A stretch of 64,000 bases of DNA from a virus (Duplodnaviria > Heunggongvirae > Uroviricota > Caudoviricetes): IMG/VR virus record IMGVR_UViG_3300044712_000123; one strand, 5' to 3'. Both the position numbers and the translations under genes were made by a program. The notes below the pieces were generated by a model. It did no database searches and was not told the DNA's origin. It was given only the letters and a program-made list of their open reading frames with translations. Positions 58,218 to 64,000 of the stretch are shown piece after piece. Position 1 is the stretch's first letter; every line of letters starts with the position of its first letter.

Positions 58218-61200
58218 ATGGACGAAAATAATAACCAGGAAATGCAGGAAACGCTAAGACAGCTTAAAGAGGGCTTCGACACGTTGACGAGCACCCTCAC
58301 CGGCGTTACGGAAGGTCTCAAAAAGTCTGCTGAACAGACCGGGAAAGCTAACGAACGTCAAGAAAAAGCTGATGTTGAAAGATTTGGTTATACCAAAGAT
58401 AGTACTGGAAAACTAAAGACTCTTGCCGACCAACGTAATGAGATTGAAGCTCAATACGCAGCACAGGTTAAGAAGGCACTTGGTGAAGAAGCAGGTAACG
58501 CTAAGTTACGCCATGATCTGATTACCAAAGAACTGGGTGATTTAGCTAAATTAGTTGATGCTAACGGTAAGTTAAATGAATCTGCTATTAAACTACGTGC
58601 AGAACAAACAACTTCGACTGAGTTATTAAAGAAACAAATCCAAACACAGCTTGATCTTCAAAAAGTTGAGGTTGAAAAACAAAACCTACAAAAGAAAGAA
58701 GTACAAGACCTCGTTAAAAAAGAAGCCGCTGAGAAGAAACAATCTGATCGTCAGAAAAAGTCGTTAGATGACTTTGAAAAGATGGTTAAATCTCCGGGTT
58801 CTACGTTTGACGATATTAGTCAAAAGAATCAATCACTAAGTGATATTTCTGGAAACTTAACTAATAGCCTGTTAAAGATGAATGAAGGTAGTATCGGTGT
58901 AACTATCGGACTACGCTTGTTGGGTGCTACTGCTGATCTTGCAGGCGCTGCTCTTAAAGGAGTAACTGCTGGGTTTACTACAATGGCTAAGTCAATCTAT
59001 GACGGTGAGCGTGGTATGAAAGTTGGAGCTAAAGGGGTTACTGCTTTTACTGAAGAACTTAACAAAGGAGTTCAATCATTTGGTAGTTTCTTAGTTGGTA
59101 TTGGTTCAGCTTCGGTTGCATTATCCATCCTTGCAGCTCCCTTCACAGGTGGACTCTCGTTGTTAGGTTTAGGGTTAGGGGCCGCAGCAATTGCATTGGG
59201 TACTACAGCTAAAGTTGCAGGAGATTTTGCTGTCACATTAGCAAAATTAAACGAGCTAGCAGCAGAACAGAACGATAAGTTATATGAGTCGTTCCAAGAG
59301 TTAGGTAAAGCGTCAATGACCGGCGCCGGTGGCATGACAGAGTTATATAAAAACTTACAAAATGCCAACATGACTGTTAAAGAATTTGATAAGTTCAGAG
59401 GCATACTACAGTCAGCGGGCAAAGACATGAAAATGTTTGGTATTACTGCCGCGGAAGGTATCAAGACATTTGCTGAAACAACAGGAACATTAGTTAAGTC
59501 TAGTTTGGGTAGAACCTTTGAATTGATGGGTATTAGCCAAGCAGAACAAGCAGCACATGCTGAGAAGTATATGGCTCAGCAGACTAGATTTGGATTAATG
59601 CAAGGCAAAACCATCAATGACTTGGCAAAAGGCGCAGGTAAGTACATTGAAGAACTAGACAAATTAGCAACATTGACTGGTGCTACTAGACAAGAACAAG
59701 AAGAAGCACGTAATGCTGTAATGGCAATTGAAGAACTACGTGCAGCAATGATTGACGCAGAACGTCAAGGTGATACTGCAAGACTAGAAGAATTAAAGCG
59801 AGCCGCAGATATGGCTGAACAGCTACAGGCTGCAGGTTTAAGTCGTCAAGCTACTGGTACCGCACAATATTTTGCTGCAGGTAAAGCAGTCATAAGTCAA
59901 GAATCAGTTGAAGCACTTCAAACTTTATCCGGAACATTTGAAAAGATTGAAAAGAACATAGGTACTAATGCAACACGTACTGTCGATGCTGCCAAAGAAG
60001 TATACGAGCAGGCCGGCAAGTACGCTAGTGTTCGTAAGATTGGTGGAACCACTGAGGGACTATACGGTGACTCTTATGGTAAAACAGCCGATTTCTATAA
60101 GAGAGTAAGTCCGGAAGCAATTGCCCAAGCAGAAGCTGCCGCCAAAAAAGAAGGTAAGACATTTGATCTTGATGCTTTCCTATTAGAACAACGTAGGGCT
60201 ACTGATAAGAGAACCACTGAGCAAGTTGATCTAACTCGTGACCAACAACAGTTAGCTCTTAAAATGGATCAAATTGCATTCAAGTATACTGATGCTGCAG
60301 GGGTAAACAAACTAGCGGCAGATAAATTTAAGGAAGCAGTTGACGAACTAGAGAATTTTCTTAATGGTAAAAAAGGCACCGCATCAGCTCCTCCGGCTAG
60401 AGCTCCATCTGTTGGTGCTCCAATGGCTAGTACTGGTGGCGGAGCAGCAACCGGTAACGTTAACATGTCTCGTCAAGGAAAACGAGGTGCTGCCCCGGCA
60501 GAATCTGCAGGTGGCGGTAGAGGTTCTGTAAATCCAAAATCTGTTGGAAGCACTGGAACACTATCATCAGCAGAACTAACATTTGATGATATTGTCAAGT
60601 TTACTGGAGGAACAGGAAGTAGAGATCATTTTGCAAAACTTGATCCTTCTGTTTCAGATGCATTTCAGCAAATGGCTAAAGAATACTATGATGCCACTGG
60701 TGAAAAACTACAAATTAATAGTTCCTTTAGAAGTATAGAAGAACAAGCAAACGTGAACTCAGGTGGCAATCCAAAAGCTGCGCCCGGTAAGAGTAAACAT
60801 AATGTAGGTAGAGCATTAGATTTGAATAGTTTTGACGTTCAAATGCTACAGAAGTTAGACTTGTTGTCCAAATACGGTTTTAACACTATCCCTAACGACC
60901 CACCTCACATTGAAATGGGTGCTAGAACAGGAGGATTGTTTGATGGTCCTTCATCGGGATATAAAGTAGAGTTGCATGGTAGAGAAGCAGTTGTGCCCCT
61001 ACCAAATCCAAATTCAATTATTAATGTAGAAGATACTGCTGTTAGTAAAAAATCTTTAGCTTCCGTGACTCCATCGGCTGCTCAACAGACAGGATCATCA
61101 CCTGCGAACACTGATGACTTATCAAATATTTTTGCAACCATGATGGCAATGATGGAAGACAAGTTCGATTCATTAATCAACAAGATGGGTGATAGTAACG

Positions 61201-61238
61201 ATATACAGGACAGAATATTAAAGAATTCAATGGCCTAA
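58218..61238 (+). CDS. Tape measure protein with C-terminal M15-family peptidoglycan peptidase
   Basis: Long Ala/Gly/Lys/Glu helical protein with a hydrophobic segment; INSSFRS..Q..APGKSKHNVGRALD..DPPHIE; LHGREAVVPL. Confidence 0.82.
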   Translation: MDENNNQEMQETLRQLKEGFDTLTSTLTGVTEGLKKSAEQTGKANERQEKADVERFGYTKDSTGKLKTLADQRNEIEAQYAAQVKKALGEEAGNAKLRHDLITKELGDLAKLVDANGKLNESAIKLRAEQTTSTELLKKQIQTQLDLQKVEVEKQNLQKKEVQDLVKKEAAEKKQSDRQKKSLDDFEKMVKSPGSTFDDISQKNQSLSDISGNLTNSLLKMNEGSIGVTIGLRLLGATADLAGAALKGVTAGFTTMAKSIYDGERGMKVGAKGVTAFTEELNKGVQSFGSFLVGIGSASVALSILAAPFTGGLSLLGLGLGAAAIALGTTAKVAGDFAVTLAKLNELAAEQNDKLYESFQELGKASMTGAGGMTELYKNLQNANMTVKEFDKFRGILQSAGKDMKMFGITAAEGIKTFAETTGTLVKSSLGRTFELMGISQAEQAAHAEKYMAQQTRFGLMQGKTINDLAKGAGKYIEELDKLATLTGATRQEQEEARNAVMAIEELRAAMIDAERQGDTARLEELKRAADMAEQLQAAGLSRQATGTAQYFAAGKAVISQESVEALQTLSGTFEKIEKNIGTNATRTVDAAKEVYEQAGKYASVRKIGGTTEGLYGDSYGKTADFYKRVSPEAIAQAEAAAKKEGKTFDLDAFLLEQRRATDKRTTEQVDLTRDQQQLALKMDQIAFKYTDAAGVNKLAADKFKEAVDELENFLNGKKGTASAPPARAPSVGAPMASTGGGAATGNVNMSRQGKRGAAPAESAGGGRGSVNPKSVGSTGTLSSAELTFDDIVKFTGGTGSRDHFAKLDPSVSDAFQQMAKEYYDATGEKLQINSSFRSIEEQANVNSGGNPKAAPGKSKHNVGRALDLNSFDVQMLQKLDLLSKYGFNTIPNDPPHIEMGARTGGLFDGPSSGYKVELHGREAVVPLPNPNSIINVEDTAVSKKSLASVTPSAAQQTGSSPANTDDLSNIFATMMAMMEDKFDSLINKMGDSNDIQDRILKNSMA

Positions 61239-61239
61239 C

Positions 61240-61247
61240 ACTAAATA
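61240..61247 (+). promoter_or_regulatory. Putative late promoter (ACTAAATA)
   Basis: Octamer in the gap upstream of the portal gene. Confidence 0.65.
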
Positions 61248-61268
61248 GTAAAAGAACACAATCCCCAT

Positions 61269-63050
61269 ATGACATATAAAAAACGTTTTGCAAATAAGAG
61301 TGGCGTAACAAGCCCAATTTCTGGTGGCAACAGCAATGCTGGCGCCTGGAACGGTAGTCCTGGACAGAACGGGTCATCTACTGGAGGATGGAACAGTGAT
61401 GACTTCGGATACAAGAATTATGGTTCACGATTACCAGAAGTCTATACAGGACACCCTAACCGCATCGAACGTTACAATCAGTATGAAATGATGGACGTTG
61501 ATGCTGAAATTAACGCATGTTTAGACATTATCGCTGAGTTCAGTACTCAGAAGAACGAACACAATAAGACACCATTCAACTTAGAATTCAGCGAAGATCC
61601 AACACAGCACGAAGTAGAATTACTAAAAGCACAATTACAACAGTGGTGTAAGCTGAATGAATTCGACACAAGAGCATTCAAAATCTTCCGTAATGCTATC
61701 AAATACGGAGATCAATTGTTCGTCAGAGACCCAGAGAACTTCAAGTTATACTGGATTGATATGACCAAAGTCATCAAAGTTATCGTTAACGAAAGTGAAG
61801 GCAAGAAGCCAGAGCAATACGTTATCAAAGATATTAACATCAATCTACAGAATTTAACAGTAGCAACAAAGACTAACACTGACTTTGCTGCTAATCCTGC
61901 AACAGGCCTAGGTGGTACAGGTGGCGGTGGTCAAGGTGGAGGCTACACAGTTCCATCTATGCCATATAATACAACTGGTTCACGTTTTACTTTGGGTCAA
62001 AGTGAGTCAGCAGTTGATGCTAAACACATTGTTCACTTGAGTTTAACAGAAGGTCTAGATAGATTTTGGCCATTTGGTCAGTCGATCTTAGAGAACATTT
62101 TCAAGATTTACAAACAAAAAGAACTATTAGAAGACGCTGTTCTTATCTATCGTGTTCAACGTGCTCCTGAACGTAGAGTGTTCAAGATTGACGTTGGTAA
62201 CATGCCCAGTCACATGGCTATGGCATTCGTTGAACGTATCAAAAACGAAATTCACCAAAGACGTATTCCATCAGCACACGGTGGCGCATCTGTATTGGAT
62301 GCAACATACAATCCATTGTCAATGAACGAAGATTACTTCTTTCCGGTCACCGCTGATGGCCGTGGGTCGAGCGTTGATCTATTACCCGGAGGTCAAAACT
62401 TAGGTGAGATCGATGACTTACGCTACTTCAACAATAGGTTAGCTCGTGGTTTGCGAGTGCCAAGTAGCTATTTACCAACAGGTCCAGATGATAACCCTAC
62501 TCCATTGAGTGATGGTCGTGTTGGTACTGCAATGATTCAAGAGTTTCGCTTTAACCAATACTGTGAACGTCTACAAAAATATGTTAGTCAAAAACTAGAT
62601 GAAGAATTCAAATTGTTCTTGCGTTGGAGAGGCTTCAATATTGATTCAAGCCTATTCACATTAGAATTCAATCCACCTCAAAACTTTGCATCGTATCGTC
62701 AAGCTGAATTAGATACAGCACGTATCAGTTCATTCAGTGCAATCGAACAGTATCCATATATTTCTAAGCGTTTTGCATTAGAAAGATTCTTGGGATTAAC
62801 CGAAGAAGAAATTTCTAAGAACGAAACACTATGGCGTGAAGAAAACAACAAAGATCAAGACGTTGAACCAGAAGGTAGTGATCTACGTAACATTGGCGTA
62901 TCTGCTGGTGATATGGACTCCGATCAACAAGTGGCTGATGACTTAGAAAATGCTCCTGAAGAGGGAGATATGCCAGAAGTAGCAGGAGCAGTTGGTGATA
63001 CAGCAGGCCCAATGCCAGGTAATCCAGCTCCAGGTGGCACTGGAATGTAA
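61269..63050 (+). CDS. Portal protein, T4 gp20-like
   Basis: LEDAVLIYRVQRAPERRVFKIDVGNMP, EDYFFP, LPGGQNLGEIDDLRYF. Confidence 0.95.
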   Translation: MTYKKRFANKSGVTSPISGGNSNAGAWNGSPGQNGSSTGGWNSDDFGYKNYGSRLPEVYTGHPNRIERYNQYEMMDVDAEINACLDIIAEFSTQKNEHNKTPFNLEFSEDPTQHEVELLKAQLQQWCKLNEFDTRAFKIFRNAIKYGDQLFVRDPENFKLYWIDMTKVIKVIVNESEGKKPEQYVIKDININLQNLTVATKTNTDFAANPATGLGGTGGGGQGGGYTVPSMPYNTTGSRFTLGQSESAVDAKHIVHLSLTEGLDRFWPFGQSILENIFKIYKQKELLEDAVLIYRVQRAPERRVFKIDVGNMPSHMAMAFVERIKNEIHQRRIPSAHGGASVLDATYNPLSMNEDYFFPVTADGRGSSVDLLPGGQNLGEIDDLRYFNNRLARGLRVPSSYLPTGPDDNPTPLSDGRVGTAMIQEFRFNQYCERLQKYVSQKLDEEFKLFLRWRGFNIDSSLFTLEFNPPQNFASYRQAELDTARISSFSAIEQYPYISKRFALERFLGLTEEEISKNETLWREENNKDQDVEPEGSDLRNIGVSAGDMDSDQQVADDLENAPEEGDMPEVAGAVGDTAGPMPGNPAPGGTGM

Positions 63051-63055
63051 CCAGA

Positions 63056-63063
63056 GATAAATA
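63056..63063 (+). promoter_or_regulatory. Putative late promoter (GATAAATA)
   Basis: 5 nt upstream of the ATG at 63069. Confidence 0.65.
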
Positions 63064-63068
63064 AGAAT

Positions 63069-63302
63069 ATGCAATTATTTGAAATGTTTGACGCAGCTAT
63101 TCCAGGTTATCAAGATGTAGCATCTGATAACTCTAAGCCAAAGTGGAAAGAAAGCCGCAAAACTAAATTGACGTTAAGACAAATTCGTAAATTACGTAAG
63201 ATGTTAGACGTTAGAAATTACGAAAAACAAAAGTATTTAAAGAAGGTTCATGAACAGTATGGACCGCAAGCAAACCCCGAAGCAGCACCTGGTGGGTTGT
63301 AA
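63069..63302 (+). CDS. Small basic head-module protein (putative prohead core)
   Basis: 77 aa, RKTKLTLRQIRKLRKM; directly downstream of portal. Confidence 0.7.
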   Translation: MQLFEMFDAAIPGYQDVASDNSKPKWKESRKTKLTLRQIRKLRKMLDVRNYEKQKYLKKVHEQYGPQANPEAAPGGL

Positions 63303-63333
63303 TTTGCATATTCTAGGCAAAAACGCAAAAAAT

Positions 63334-63356
63334 GAGCACTTATTGTGCTCTTTTTT
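63334..63356 (+). terminator. Rho-independent terminator
   Basis: gagcac-ttatt-gtgctc followed by TTTTTT; A-tract on the 5' side. Confidence 0.7.
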
Positions 63357-63365
63357 ATGATAGCC

Positions 63366-63373
63366 ACTAAATA
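63366..63373 (+). promoter_or_regulatory. Putative late promoter (ACTAAATA)
   Basis: Octamer upstream of TAGGAG RBS and the ATG at 63408. Confidence 0.7.
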
Positions 63374-63407
63374 ATTCTACAAAGCCATTCTACTTAGGAG
63401 ATAAACA

Positions 63408-64000
63408 ATGGATAACAAAAAATTTGAAGCGTTGATCGAGTTAATCATCAACGAAAATGAAGAACAAGCAAAAGCATTGTTCCATGATATCGTGGTTGAG
63501 AAATCCCGCGAAATTTATGAATCAATGATGTATGACGAAGGAATGGATGAAGGCATGGGCGGTCAAGTAGGTGATCTACTAGACGAAATCAATGCTGAAG
63601 AATCTGGTGTTGTTGAAGGTGATGACGAAGAAGAATTCGACATTGCTGCTGACGATGACGGTGAAGAAGAAATCGTTGACATCGAAGCTGACGGCGATAT
63701 GGATGGCGGCGAAGAAGACCTAGAAGGTCGTGTCGTTGAAATCGAAGACAAACTAGACCAGTTGATGGCTGAATTCGAAGAAATCATGGGCGGTGACGCA
63801 GGTGATGACGTAGAAGACATGGGCGGTGACGAAGACTTTGGCGCTGAAGAAGGCGAAGAAGATTTTGGCGGCGAAGAAGAAGCTATGATGGAAGCTGTTC
63901 AACTAAAGAAAATCGGTGGCGAAACTTATAACAAGTTTGGTCAAATGGGTGACAATGGTGATCAAACTAAGAGCCCAGGACTACAAGGTTCAGGTCAAGC
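63408..64000 (+). CDS. Highly acidic prohead core/scaffold-like protein (runs off the right edge)
   Basis: Not in ORF track. MDNKKFEALIELIINENEEQAKALFHDIVVEKSREIYE followed by D/E/G-rich tracts; strong RBS; head-module position. Confidence 0.8.
   Translation, partial: MDNKKFEALIELIINENEEQAKALFHDIVVEKSREIYESMMYDEGMDEGMGGQVGDLLDEINAEESGVVEGDDEEEFDIAADDDGEEEIVDIEADGDMDGGEEDLEGRVVEIEDKLDQLMAEFEEIMGGDAGDDVEDMGGDEDFGAEEGEEDFGGEEEAMMEAVQLKKIGGETYNKFGQMGDNGDQTKSPGLQGSGQ

Noticed and set aside
63563-63820. Minus-strand Ser-rich 85-aa ORF
   Set aside because: Antisense shadow of the Asp/Glu-rich plus-strand gene starting at 63408
1-64000. Stop-codon reassignment, as seen in some jumbo phages
   Set aside because: Genes are long and dense in code 11; TAA, TGA and TAG (52813-52815) all end genes at sensible positions

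Overview
The window is a segment of a large T4-like (jumbo-type) myovirus genome in the standard genetic code, with no tRNA, rRNA, CRISPR or IS element visible. (1) 1-17.9 kb, minus strand: a mostly translationally coupled operon of at least 18 genes. It holds six radical SAM enzymes (one cobalamin-binding type, four with an N-terminal Twitch/SPASM-like domain), three GT10-like and three GT-A glycosyltransferase-like proteins, two SGNH-like proteins, a GDP-mannose 3,5-epimerase-like enzyme and a UDP-glucose-type dehydrogenase. It lies directly downstream of tail-fibre genes, behind a late-promoter motif. (2) 17.9-50.7 kb, minus strand: tail fibre and baseplate genes, including a 6057-aa multi-domain protein and gp6-, gp25-, gp5-, gp27-, gp53- and gp48/54-like genes. 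(3) 50.9-56.5 kb, plus strand: late sigma gp55, an extra GT10-like gene, gp47/gp46 (Mre11/Rad50) and a Holliday junction resolvase, followed by a hairpin-rich non-coding element of about 550 nt. (4) 57.1-64 kb: a gp26-like gene with a putative -1 frameshift into a gp51-like ORF, tape measure protein with an M15 peptidase domain, portal gp20 and prohead core genes. Best candidates for undescribed biology are the late radical-SAM/glycosylation operon, the structured intergenic element and the gp26/gp51 frameshift. All family calls come from motif recognition by eye, not database searches.
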